In this document: positions 17,472-26,492 of the stretch, one piece after another | Layout: each line of letters starts with the position of its first letter | How positions within the stretch are numbered: position 1 is the first letter of the stretch | NCBI GenBank assembly: GCA_016183365.1 | Contig: JACPES010000003.1 | Coordinates: 345,154 to 409,153, forward strand | DNA length: 64,000 nucleotides | Source of the DNA: Candidatus Collierbacteria bacterium | GTDB taxonomy: Bacteria; Patescibacteriota; Microgenomatia; UBA1400; JACPES01 | Reading direction: 5' to 3' | Position numbers and translations under genes: made by a program | The notes under the pieces: generated by a model | Told to the model about the DNA's origin: nothing | The model's database searches: none | The model's input: only the letters and a program-made list of their open reading frames with translations

Positions 17472-19375
17472 TAAAAATTGAAAGGCTTTCTATCCCGGTG
17501 GACTTTAATTTATCTTTTCTGAAAATCCGTTGGTCTGATCATATTTTGATGTACCCTGATTTTTCTCTCGAAAAATCAGTTGGTACACCAAAACCCTGCA
17601 TCGACGCTCTTGCGACGCATGGACGCAGCCCATGGGAGCAAGTAAGTTTAATGCGGGGTTGTCCTATCGGTGAAGGAGTAGTCTATGGCGGCGACTGGGC
17701 GAAAGCGGAACGACTAGCGAGGCAGATGGCGGAAATGAAGTTTGGAGCCGACCGCGACGGGTTACAGGTATGTGAGCAGGTGTTTATTGAACCAGCCCCA
17801 GCAGTACGCTTGCCACTCCCGTGGTCTACGTCCACGCGTCGTGGTGTCGCGACTGCGGGGTTCGGATGTGACCGCGATTTTTTCCTTCAGGAAAAAATCG
17901 GTCCCATCCGAAAAAGAAAATCTAATTTGAAATTGAAAGTCGGAAGAAATGTTTTTGATGATATTAAAGTTATAGAGTTTATTCGCCGTGAACTGAAATT
18001 CCCGAATGAGATTAGGATTGATGCTAATCAAGGGTATTCTCTCAAGCAACTGCAATATATTGTTCCGACGTTAAAAGAAGCAGGAATTGAATATGTGGAA
18101 GAGCCGGTCAAGATTAAAGATCTGCCAGCCGCCGTCAAATTACTTCATCAAAACGGACTCAAAATTATTCTTGACGAAACCCTCTTGTTTAAAAAGTCAT
18201 CACGAGACTCCGCTAAGCGGGGTCGTGGCGATCTAATTGTAAAGACAGATTGCCACGTCACTACGTTCCTCGCAATGACAGAACTTAAGATCGATGTCAT
18301 AAATATCAAACTCTCCCGTATCGGCGATATAAATAAAGCGATTCAGTTAATCGCATTGGCAAAAAAACACAATATAAAAATAGTGATTGGTTGCAGCGAA
18401 GAACTTGAAAGAGGGATGAAGGCTATTTACGCGTTGGGACACGAAGCCAGAAAATCCGGAGTGTTGTTGGAGGTTGAAGGTTTTGGGCCTTTAAGGCTTA
18501 AACAAAAATATACTTCAGTGCCGCGGTGGTTCAACCGGATGGAAAATTTATCGATAATCATCGGTCACAAAATCCGGCAGCTGATATTTGAAATATATTG
18601 GCTGGTTTTAAAAGTTGGAGTTTTAATAATGAAAAAATCTAAATTAGTTTCCCCCCTCTCGCTTCATTTGGTTAAATGGACCGGCAAATCCAGACAAAAA
18701 ATTCATCCTAAACATTTGATTTTTCAAAAATATCCGCCTGAATTTTTAAAATGCTTAAATCCAAATGATTTTGTCTTGGATGTTGGCTGTGGCAACGGTC
18801 AGAATAGTCTGCTGGCAGCCGGAAAGGCAAAAAGGGTGGTTGGTTTCGACATTGATAAAACACAATTGAAAATTGCCAAAGCTGAAGCGGTCAGGCGGGG
18901 ATTAAATAATGTTGAATTCGATTATGCTTCGGCTGAAGATAAATTCCCTTATAAATCACGTTCATTCGATAAGATTATTTTTTTGGGAGTCTTGGAGCAT
19001 TTGACTAACAGGGAAAATATTTTAGAGGAAATTCGCAGGGTGATGAATTCCGGCGGACAATTATTGTTGGGGGTTCCGAATGAGGGAACAAGTTGGAAAA
19101 AACTGCAAATGAATGTCGGGGTCCAGCATTTTACCGATCCGGATCACAAACTGGAGTTTACCCTCCGGACAATCAGCGATTTATTGGTTAAAACGGGATT
19201 TAAGCCGGTTTCAATTCAGCCGACGGCCTTTGATACTCCATGGGCGGGCTTGATTGACGTTGTTGGTGGGATTTCTCTGAACATCTATCAGAAACTTTTA
19301 TTTTGGAAGTGGGCTAAGGCTAAGCAAAATCCGGAAGAATCTATTAGTTTTTTTATTGTCGCAAATAAAATCTAA
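17468..19375 (+). CDS. Enolase-superfamily (MLE/MR-like) domain fused to a class I SAM methyltransferase
   Basis: KLKVG, IRIDANQGY, YVEEP, ILDE, NIKLSRIG; C-terminal VLDVGCGNG..VLEHL. Confidence 0.8.
   Translation: MIKIERLSIPVDFNLSFLKIRWSDHILMYPDFSLEKSVGTPKPCIDALATHGRSPWEQVSLMRGCPIGEGVVYGGDWAKAERLARQMAEMKFGADRDGLQVCEQVFIEPAPAVRLPLPWSTSTRRGVATAGFGCDRDFFLQEKIGPIRKRKSNLKLKVGRNVFDDIKVIEFIRRELKFPNEIRIDANQGYSLKQLQYIVPTLKEAGIEYVEEPVKIKDLPAAVKLLHQNGLKIILDETLLFKKSSRDSAKRGRGDLIVKTDCHVTTFLAMTELKIDVINIKLSRIGDINKAIQLIALAKKHNIKIVIGCSEELERGMKAIYALGHEARKSGVLLEVEGFGPLRLKQKYTSVPRWFNRMENLSIIIGHKIRQLIFEIYWLVLKVGVLIMKKSKLVSPLSLHLVKWTGKSRQKIHPKHLIFQKYPPEFLKCLNPNDFVLDVGCGNGQNSLLAAGKAKRVVGFDIDKTQLKIAKAEAVRRGLNNVEFDYASAEDKFPYKSRSFDKIIFLGVLEHLTNRENILEEIRRVMNSGGQLLLGVPNEGTSWKKLQMNVGVQHFTDPDHKLEFTLRTISDLLVKTGFKPVSIQPTAFDTPWAGLIDVVGGISLNIYQKLLFWKWAKAKQNPEESISFFIVANKI
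17592..17660. repeat. CCCCGCA..TGCGGGG-type nested hairpin, in frame (degenerate)
   Basis: Arms aaccctgcat ... atgcggggtt; inner catggacgcagcccatg hairpin. Confidence 0.6.
17789..17863. repeat. CCCCGCA..TGCGGGG-type nested hairpin, in frame (degenerate)
   Basis: Arms ccccagcagt ... actgcgggg; inner ccac..gtgg and cgtgg..ccacg. Confidence 0.55.
18196..18279. repeat. GTCAT..ATGAC element (84 bp), in frame
   Basis: gtcatcacgag ... agattgccacgtcactacgttcctcgcaatgac; right arm nearly identical to that of 1980-2061. Confidence 0.9.
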
Positions 19376-19387
19376 AATATAAAAACG

Positions 19388-19437
19388 TCAATTATTTTCA
19401 GGCAAAGCCTGATCCTGCTCTGCGGGAAAATAATTGA
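19388..19437. repeat. Intergenic hairpin (possible terminator or REP-like element)
   Basis: tcaattattttc ... gaaaataattga, with inner caggc-aaa-gcctg. Confidence 0.6.
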
Positions 19438-19446
19438 AGTAAATTT

Positions 19447-21342
19447 ATGAAATCAGTAAATCCGACCGTATCAGTATTATTTCCTATAGGGAAAGATAAA
19501 CGTTTCTTAGAGGAAGCATTGGAGAGTATCAGAAATCAGTCTTTTAAGGATTATGAATTATTATCCCAAGAAGATGACGGAAGAGGAATTACTCAAGTCT
19601 TAATTGATTTAGCCAAAAAGGCAAAAGGTGAATTCTTAGTCCGGATGGATGTTGACGATATTTGTTTGCCAAACAGATTTAAGGTTCAAGTGGATTATCT
19701 CCGGGCCAATCCGGATGTTCAATTAGCCGGATCATGGGCAATCTTAATTGACGAAAAAGGAAATCAGATAGGTTTGCAGAAAATGCCAATTTATTGGGAA
19801 GAGATAAAAAGGGAAGCATTCTTCAGAAACCCTTTAATTCATCCGTCATGGATGACGCGCAGGAATTGGTTTGAAAAGATTGGCGGATACAATTCTGTTT
19901 TTGCAACTGCTCAGGATTGGGAGTTGATCTTAAGAAGAGTTTGGCGGGAAAGAATTGAAAATATTCCGGAGCCTTTACTCAAATTAAGAATACATTCAGG
20001 GTCGGTTTCGTTTTCCAAAAATAGATTACAAGTTTACTATGGCCTGAAAGCCAGATTATCGGCGATTCTTAGGGGTGATGTCCGATGGTATAAGGGGATT
20101 TATTTAATGCCATCGTTATTAGCTTTGATGATTCCTACAAAATTAAAATTGTTAGCAAGGCTCAATTTAAATAGATTCCTGGTCAAGCTGTTCGACCATC
20201 CTGAGCTCACCGCCGAAGGGCCAGGAATGACAATAAAGCCGGTCTTGGGAATAGTAATGCCGATCGGGCAAAACAAAGAACAATTATTGAAATCAGGACA
20301 ATGGGGTCTTTGGCAATCTGAAATTGAAGAATACCGGAAATATTTTGGCGGAGTGGAAATATTTGAATTTAAGCATAGGAATTGGTTCAGGTTTCCGGAA
20401 GCAATTCTGCTGCCATTGGTTCAGTCGGACAGATTCAAGCGATGTTCGGTTTTTAAAGCCGTCCACCTGTCGGCAGTAGTTCCTTGTTTGATGGTAAAAG
20501 CGTTATATAGGATTCCGTACGTTTTGAGTTTTGGTTATCGATATGACGAATTTGCCAAGATTGAGAAGAAATGGGTACAGTGGATTTTTATAAAACTATT
20601 AGAACCCTTAGCAATTAGGTATGCAGATTTAGTTTTGGTTCCGACAGAGGGGCTTAGAGCATATGTTAATGATATCGGTGCGAAAAATATTGAAGTGATT
20701 CCAAATGGAGTTGACGTTAATCTGTTCAAACAGGCCTCAAAAGGTCTCACCTTGCGTCCGCAAGGTGAGACCTTATTAAATATTCTTTTCGTCGGGAGAT
20801 TGGAAAGACAAAAAAACTTAGAGAGTTTGATCAAGGCAGTTTATAAACTATTAAAAGGTCCGACCTTGCCTCGGCAAGGTCGGACCTTAATAAATAAGCT
20901 GGTGTTTGTTGGAGCCGGAAGTTTGAGGGGTGAGTTGACTAAGTTGGCAAATACACTCGGGATTAATTTAGAGATTATCGGACCGGTTCCCAATGAAAAA
21001 TTACCGGGAATTTATCGCCAGGCTGATATTTTTGTTTTGCCGTCTTTAGCCGAAGGCCACCCTAAAGCCTTATTGGAGGCGATGAGCTGCGGTTTGGCGT
21101 GTATAGCAAGTGATATTACCGGCGTGAATGAGATAATTGTTGACGGCAAAAACGGGTTGTTGGTTCAGGCTACAGTTAATGGTTTGGTCAAGGGGCTGAA
21201 GCGACTAGTCGGCGATTCTAAACTCCGGAAACTTTTGGGAACCAACGCCAGAAAGACGGTGCTAGATAGATTTGATAAGAGAAAGCTAATGGAAAAAGAG
21301 TGTAAGTTACTGACGCGATCCCAATATCCGAATTCATCCTAA
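19447..21342 (+). CDS. GT2-GT4 fusion glycosyltransferase
   Basis: N-terminal RMDVDD..PNRF..HPS..QDWEL; C-terminal IPNGVD, FVGRLERQKN, EGHPKALLEAM. Confidence 0.88.
   Translation: MKSVNPTVSVLFPIGKDKRFLEEALESIRNQSFKDYELLSQEDDGRGITQVLIDLAKKAKGEFLVRMDVDDICLPNRFKVQVDYLRANPDVQLAGSWAILIDEKGNQIGLQKMPIYWEEIKREAFFRNPLIHPSWMTRRNWFEKIGGYNSVFATAQDWELILRRVWRERIENIPEPLLKLRIHSGSVSFSKNRLQVYYGLKARLSAILRGDVRWYKGIYLMPSLLALMIPTKLKLLARLNLNRFLVKLFDHPELTAEGPGMTIKPVLGIVMPIGQNKEQLLKSGQWGLWQSEIEEYRKYFGGVEIFEFKHRNWFRFPEAILLPLVQSDRFKRCSVFKAVHLSAVVPCLMVKALYRIPYVLSFGYRYDEFAKIEKKWVQWIFIKLLEPLAIRYADLVLVPTEGLRAYVNDIGAKNIEVIPNGVDVNLFKQASKGLTLRPQGETLLNILFVGRLERQKNLESLIKAVYKLLKGPTLPRQGRTLINKLVFVGAGSLRGELTKLANTLGINLEIIGPVPNEKLPGIYRQADIFVLPSLAEGHPKALLEAMSCGLACIASDITGVNEIIVDGKNGLLVQATVNGLVKGLKRLVGDSKLRKLLGTNARKTVLDRFDKRKLMEKECKLLTRSQYPNSS
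20171..20232 (-). repeat. 62-bp composite palindromic element, copy 2 (in frame, opposite orientation)
   Basis: atagattcctggtcaagctgttcgaccatcctgagctcaccgccgaagggccaggaatgaca = reverse complement of 12059-12120. Confidence 0.95.
20741..20774. repeat. AAGG-N5-CCTT doublet, perfect 34-bp hairpin, in frame
   Basis: aaggtctcaccttgcg-tc-cgcaaggtgagacctt. Confidence 0.9.
20855..20888. repeat. AAGG-N5-CCTT doublet, perfect 34-bp hairpin, in frame
   Basis: aaggtccgaccttgcc-tc-ggcaaggtcggacctt. Confidence 0.9.
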
Positions 21343-21398
21343 TGATCCGAATATACGGATTCGTAGATTCGGATAATTAGTAGATTAGGATCGGATTT
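21325..21398. repeat. Inverted atccgaat-type short-unit arrays at gene junction
   Basis: tatccgaat tcatcctaat gatccgaat atacg gatt cgtag attcggat .. attaggat cggat. Confidence 0.65.
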
Positions 21399-21401
21399 GA
21401 C

Positions 21402-22532
21402 ATGAAAGTATTATTTGTTTTGGAAAACACTATCAAAAGTCTGGAAGGCGGAACAGAAGTCAGCAGTTTTCATCTGGCCGGGTTGCTCCGCGGACAAAAA
21501 ATTGATGTTGAAGAATGGGCCCCCTATTCAAAAAGAATGCCAATATACTTTTATACCGGTATATTTTTTCAAATAGTTATATTTTTGTTACTTCTGTGGA
21601 CATGCGTGAAAAATAGACCACAAATTTTACACATTCAGGGAAAATATCTTTTACCACAGGTAGTTTTAGTTGGTAAGCTACTAAGAATCCCTACTGTGGC
21701 AACGATTAGAGATTATATTGTCGTTTGCCCGATTGGGCTATGCCTATTTGATTTTCACACCAATCATGGTTTTTTGTTTTTCTTTTTTCATGAGATTCCA
21801 AAGTTTCTATCGATTTATCACCGGAATGATAATCTAATCATTCGAATCATTAGATACATATTTCTCACGAGAGGTTGGTTGGTAACGCAGTGGTTGAGAT
21901 TTTGGTTGAAGCGGGCTGATGCGGTAGTTTCGGTTTCCGAAGCAGTCAAAAAAATCCTGTCTTACAATGGAATTTCATCTAAAGTTATTCACAATGCCTT
22001 CGATCCGGAAGTTTTGAAAAATCTTTCGGCAGAGCGATTATCCATCATCCATCATCCATCATCCATCTTGTTCGCCGGCAAACCGTCTTATGGAAAGGGT
22101 TATGATCTGTTTCAATCACTTTCTCGTAATAAACTATTTCGAGATTTTAGGTTTGTGACAATCGGCGGGAGTAATAAGTTGCCTTATTTGGAAACTCTGC
22201 AAAAAATTAGGGAAGCGGTGGCCGTAGTCGTCCCCAGCCGTTGGCCGGAACCGTTTGGACGGGTGGCGCTGGAGGCTTTAATGATGGGAACTCCGGTCGT
22301 TGCATCAAAATGCGGGGGCTTGCCGGAGATTGTTGAAAATGGTAAAACCGGAATTATAACTGAGCTTACAATTGGTGATATGGCTGACGCCTTGAGATTG
22401 ATAATCAAGCAAAATAATAAATTTAGAGAAGAAATTATGACCAGAAAAAAACTATTGATAAAGAAATTTGAATCGATTCCTCTCAGATCACATATCAATC
22501 TTTACTCGATCCTTCTTGCTAAAATAGGCTAA
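21402..22532 (+). CDS. GT4 glycosyltransferase
   Basis: GGTE, RDYIVVCP, PSRWPEPFGRVALEA. Confidence 0.9.
   Translation: MKVLFVLENTIKSLEGGTEVSSFHLAGLLRGQKIDVEEWAPYSKRMPIYFYTGIFFQIVIFLLLLWTCVKNRPQILHIQGKYLLPQVVLVGKLLRIPTVATIRDYIVVCPIGLCLFDFHTNHGFLFFFFHEIPKFLSIYHRNDNLIIRIIRYIFLTRGWLVTQWLRFWLKRADAVVSVSEAVKKILSYNGISSKVIHNAFDPEVLKNLSAERLSIIHHPSSILFAGKPSYGKGYDLFQSLSRNKLFRDFRFVTIGGSNKLPYLETLQKIREAVAVVVPSRWPEPFGRVALEALMMGTPVVASKCGGLPEIVENGKTGIITELTIGDMADALRLIIKQNNKFREEIMTRKKLLIKKFESIPLRSHINLYSILLAKIG
22040..22067 (+). repeat. 7-mer array (atccatc x4) in GT4 linker
   Basis: Perfect x4; reads SIIHHPSSI. Confidence 0.9.
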
Positions 22533-22534
22533 GG

Positions 22535-23653
22535 ATGAAAAAAGTTTTCGGTGCGATTCTAATACTTTGGGTAGTTTCTCTTTTGACCAGCGCTTATATC
22601 GCCCCAAGATTTATTCCAGACACCCTGTTTATTGGCAGCAGAAACTCGTTTGACGAAAGACTACCGCAGTGGCTGTACGACAATCGTATGCCTCGTTGGA
22701 TTTGGATGTGGGCTAACCTTGACGGCAACCATTATCTATCGATTGCCAGAAACGGATATTATGAATTTGAGAATGGTTTTTTCCCTTTATATCCATTGGC
22801 CATAAGAGTCGTGGCCAATTTGTCGGGACTACCTTTTCTATTATCCGGACTATTAGTGACATATACTTCTTTTATTCTGTTTCTTAAACTACTGCTTCGC
22901 CTTTTAAGGCTTGATTTTACCGATCAAGCCAGTAATCAGGTTATACGGTGGATAATCGGATTCCCGGTGGCGTTTTATTTGATTGCGATTTATAACGATG
23001 CTTTATTTTTATTTTTAACGGTCGGATGTTTTTATGCTGTCAGAAAAAGCAAATGGTGGCCGGGCGGGATTTTGGGCGGACTGGCGGCATTAACCAGGTT
23101 TCCCGGGATAGCCATTTTTCCGGCCTTGTTGATTGAATGGTGGAGCGGCAAGCGCCGGATAAGGGATTTGATCCCCGTTTTTTTTATTCCCTTATCAACA
23201 TTGTCATATTTTCTATATCTGCATATTTGGGAAAGAGACTGGAATCTATTTGTGACTTCGATGAGCGTTTGGAGACAGGACCGGTTTGTATTGCCCATCC
23301 AGACGGCTTACCGGTATTTTAAAATTTTTGCCTCGGTTTCACCTAACAGCTTAATGTATTTTTTGGCGTTGGCAGAGTTCTCGGCGGTGGTTTTTGCTAT
23401 AGTGGTTTTAATCAAAGGATTTAAACTTATCAGACGGTCTTATTGGGTTTACGCTGTATCTTATCTTTTAATTCCGATGTCAGGCGGGACTTTTCAGGGG
23501 ATGCCGAGGTATATTATTCACGCTTTTCCGGTGATATTGATTTTTTCTTTGTTAACAGTTAAAAGCCGGTGGCGGTATTTAGTCATGGGGGGATTTTTTG
23601 TTTTGCAACTGATATTTATGGCTTTCTTTTCCCAAGGATATTTTATTTCTTAA
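22535..23653 (+). CDS. PIG-V-like (GT76) mannosyltransferase, GT-C
   Basis: WANLDGNHYLSIARNGY, FFPLYP, LTRFPG, GMPRY; paralog of 5707. Confidence 0.85.
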   Translation: MKKVFGAILILWVVSLLTSAYIAPRFIPDTLFIGSRNSFDERLPQWLYDNRMPRWIWMWANLDGNHYLSIARNGYYEFENGFFPLYPLAIRVVANLSGLPFLLSGLLVTYTSFILFLKLLLRLLRLDFTDQASNQVIRWIIGFPVAFYLIAIYNDALFLFLTVGCFYAVRKSKWWPGGILGGLAALTRFPGIAIFPALLIEWWSGKRRIRDLIPVFFIPLSTLSYFLYLHIWERDWNLFVTSMSVWRQDRFVLPIQTAYRYFKIFASVSPNSLMYFLALAEFSAVVFAIVVLIKGFKLIRRSYWVYAVSYLLIPMSGGTFQGMPRYIIHAFPVILIFSLLTVKSRWRYLVMGGFFVLQLIFMAFFSQGYFIS

Positions 23654-23657
23654 GGCT

Positions 23658-24770
23658 ATGATTATTTTAAGCCCGCAACTTGGAATATCACCTACGGCTA
23701 CTACCGGCGGCGAGACCTATGATCGGGAATTGTTAAAACAGTTTGTCAAAATGGGGCAGGAGGTACGAATTTTATTGCCCAAAAACAAGTCAGTCCCAGA
23801 AGGAATAACGGGATGGAAAATTGACAGAACGCAGTTTAGCCGTTTTGTCCCGCCGTATACATTTAATTTGTTCTCAATTCCCTGGGCCATAAAACAGATT
23901 CAACGTTCAACGTTCAACGTTCAACGCTCATTAGTCCTTCGTATCCATTCCCCCGAGTATTTATTTCCAACTGGGTACTTGATTAAAAAGCTGTATCCAA
24001 AGATTCCTCAAGTAGTCCACTATCATTTAGATCAGACTGGAATGATATGGACGAAGATGAATCGAATATTGTTGAACATGGCAGACGCGGTGATTGCCGA
24101 TTCTGAATTCTTAAAAAAGCAGTTAGTGGAAAGAGTCGGAATCGATCGGGAGAAGATTTATGTGATTTATTGCGGAGTTGACACAGAATCAATAATTCCG
24201 CTTCAGCACTCAACGTTCAACGTTCAACGTTCAAAAACTATTCTATTTCTCGGTCGGTTTATCGAACGCAAACGTCCTGATTTGGCAATCGAAATTTTTG
24301 CCAAACTTCACGCTAAACATCCCGACACCAGATTAATTATGGTGGGGGAAGGGCCGATGGAAGATGAGCTAAGGTTACAGGTTACAGGTTACAAGATACA
24401 GGATGCAGTAGAGTTTCCGGGACCATTATTCGGGAAAGAAAAACTAAAAAGATATCACGAAGCGGATTTGTTTTTGTTTCCGTCGCAGAAAGAGGGATTC
24501 GTGTTGGTAGTTTTGGAGGCGATGGCGGCAGGATTACCCTTGCTTGTTCCTGATGCTTTAGGTTTTCCCGAGGCGGTTGAAAACGGAAAAAACGGTTACT
24601 TGGCCGATCCGGATAATATCGAAGACTGGGTTAAAAAATCGGAAAAAATTCTATTTTCTCCCGTTTTGCAAAACTCAATGAGAGAATATTCGAGATATCT
24701 TTCTGAAACCAAATTCAGTTGGAAAACGTGCGCCCAAAAAAATCTGAAGATTTATCAGTCTTTAGTATAA
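23658..24770 (+). CDS. GT4 glycosyltransferase
   Basis: TGGE, IYCGVD, FLGRFIERK, EGFVLVVLEAM. Confidence 0.9.
   Translation: MIILSPQLGISPTATTGGETYDRELLKQFVKMGQEVRILLPKNKSVPEGITGWKIDRTQFSRFVPPYTFNLFSIPWAIKQIQRSTFNVQRSLVLRIHSPEYLFPTGYLIKKLYPKIPQVVHYHLDQTGMIWTKMNRILLNMADAVIADSEFLKKQLVERVGIDREKIYVIYCGVDTESIIPLQHSTFNVQRSKTILFLGRFIERKRPDLAIEIFAKLHAKHPDTRLIMVGEGPMEDELRLQVTGYKIQDAVEFPGPLFGKEKLKRYHEADLFLFPSQKEGFVLVVLEAMAAGLPLLVPDALGFPEAVENGKNGYLADPDNIEDWVKKSEKILFSPVLQNSMREYSRYLSETKFSWKTCAQKNLKIYQSLV
23899..23930 (+). repeat. 7-mer array (ttcaacg x4), in frame
   Basis: Reads IQRSTFNVQRS. Confidence 0.9.
24202..24236 (+). repeat. 7-mer array (ttcaacg-type x5) in GT4 linker
   Basis: ttcagca ctcaacg ttcaacg ttcaacg ttcaaaa; reads LQHSTFNVQRSK. 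Confidence 0.85.
24373..24407 (+). repeat. 7-mer array (ggttaca-type x5), in frame
   Basis: ggttaca x3, agataca, ggatgca; reads RLQVTGYKIQDA. Confidence 0.85.
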
Positions 24771-24779
24771 AATAACCTT

Positions 24780-25481
24780 GTGATAAAACCTTCGGTTTCA
24801 GTGTTTTTCCCATGTTTTAACGACGAAAAGACAATCAGTCAATTAGTTAGGGGCGCCAAAAAAGCGCTGGAGAAGGCGGCGGCAAAATACGAAATCATTG
24901 TCATTGATGATGGCTCAACCGATGACAGCAGAGGAGAGCTTTCAAAGTTAAGGCGGGAAATCCGTAATCTGCGCCTGATTTTCCATCGCCAAAATAGGGG
25001 GTATGGAGGAGTGTTGCGGTCCGGATTTAAAGCCGCCAAGTATGACTTGGTGTTTTATACCGATGGAGATGGCCAATACGACGTTAGGGACTTGGAGCTG
25101 TTATTTCCATTGTTAACTCCTGACATTGATGTCGTCAACGGGATCAAGATGGAGAGAAACGACGCTTGGTATCGGAAATTAGCAGGCTACGGATACAATT
25201 TTTTGGTCAGGAACTTGTTTAATATCCGGATTTTTGATGTTGATTGCGACTTTCGTTTGATTAGAAAAACCAAACTTCAGGGAATCGATCTGGGTTGTTC
25301 GTCCGGGGCGATTTGCGTGGAATTGGTGAAAAAACTGCAGGACAACGGGGCTGGATTTAGGGAGGTGACAGTTCACCATTACGAAAGAAAATTCGGTTCC
25401 TCCCAATTTTTTAAACCGAAACGGCTGTGGCAGACAGCAATCGAATTGATAAAATTATGGACCGAGATTTATTTAAAATGA
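24780..25481 (+). CDS. GT2 polyprenol-phosphate glycosyltransferase
   Basis: FFPCFND, IDDGSTD, NRGYGG, YTDGDGQYD, DVDCDFRL. Confidence 0.92.
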   Translation: MIKPSVSVFFPCFNDEKTISQLVRGAKKALEKAAAKYEIIVIDDGSTDDSRGELSKLRREIRNLRLIFHRQNRGYGGVLRSGFKAAKYDLVFYTDGDGQYDVRDLELLFPLLTPDIDVVNGIKMERNDAWYRKLAGYGYNFLVRNLFNIRIFDVDCDFRLIRKTKLQGIDLGCSSGAICVELVKKLQDNGAGFREVTVHHYERKFGSSQFFKPKRLWQTAIELIKLWTEIYLK

Positions 25482-25516
25482 CAAAGAGAATGCAGTTTTA
25501 AAACTAGTTCAGTAAA

Positions 25517-26491
25517 ATGAAAAATAAGCGAATTTTAATTACAGGCGGGTTGGGATTTATCGGCAGCACTTTGGCAATCGCGGAAATTCGCCGGGGAAAT
25601 AAGGCGACAGTCGTGGACGCGCTTTTGCCTGATTATGGCGGCAATAGATTTAATATTAAAGAGATTGACAAAGAAATAGAAATAGAGATTGGAGACGTCA
25701 GAAATAAAAAACTGATTGATAAATTGGTAAAAAGGAAGGATGTTATTTACAGTTTGGCCGGGACTCTGTCGCACGTTGATTCAATGGCTGATCCGTTTAC
25801 CGATTTGGAGATAAATTGTGTTAGCCAATTAACTTTGCTTGAGGCCTGCAGAAAGTTTAACCCTCAAGCGAAGTTATTATTTGCCGGAACGCGTAACCAA
25901 TATGGCCGGGCCAAGTATTTACCAGTGGATGAGAATCATCCGATGGAACCGGTGGATGTCAATGGGATAAATAATATCGCCGCGGAGTGGTATTACCGGT
26001 TGTATCACAATATTCATGGTTTAAGGACTTGTTCATTGCGGTTAACCAATACTTATGGTCCCAGGCATCAAATGAAACATCCCCGTCAGGGAGTTTTAAA
26101 TTGGTTTATCAGGCAATTGCTGGATGGAAAAACCGTCGAGCTTTTCGGCGATGGTAGTCAGATTCGGGATATAAATTTTGTTGACGACGTAGTGGCGGCT
26201 TTTATATTAGCTGCAGATAGCCCTAAATCAGATGGAGAAGTTTTTAATTTGGGTGGGGATGCGATTTCATTGAAAACTTTTGTCAAAGCGGCGATTAAGG
26301 TTTTTGAGCAGGGAAATTTTAAAACAGTTCTGTTTCCTTTGGAAAGAAAATCAATTGAAGTCGGAGATTATATCGCCGATCGATCGAAAATTAAGGACGC
26401 ATTGGGTTGGGCGCCGACAGTAAGTTTTGAATCCGGGCTTAAAAAAACCTTTGATTATTACCTTAAATACAAAAAATATTATTGGCAATAA
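25517..26491 (+). CDS. NAD-dependent epimerase/dehydratase
   Basis: TGGLGFIGS, LRLTNTYGPR, GDGSQIRD. Confidence 0.9.
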   Translation: MKNKRILITGGLGFIGSTLAIAEIRRGNKATVVDALLPDYGGNRFNIKEIDKEIEIEIGDVRNKKLIDKLVKRKDVIYSLAGTLSHVDSMADPFTDLEINCVSQLTLLEACRKFNPQAKLLFAGTRNQYGRAKYLPVDENHPMEPVDVNGINNIAAEWYYRLYHNIHGLRTCSLRLTNTYGPRHQMKHPRQGVLNWFIRQLLDGKTVELFGDGSQIRDINFVDDVVAAFILAADSPKSDGEVFNLGGDAISLKTFVKAAIKVFEQGNFKTVLFPLERKSIEVGDYIADRSKIKDALGWAPTVSFESGLKKTFDYYLKYKKYYWQ

Positions 26492-26492
26492 A

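Noticed and set aside
17581-17880. GC-rich patch as a DGR variable region or foreign gene fragment
   Set aside because: No template repeat or reverse transcriptase was seen, and two nested hairpin inserts account for much of the GC excess.
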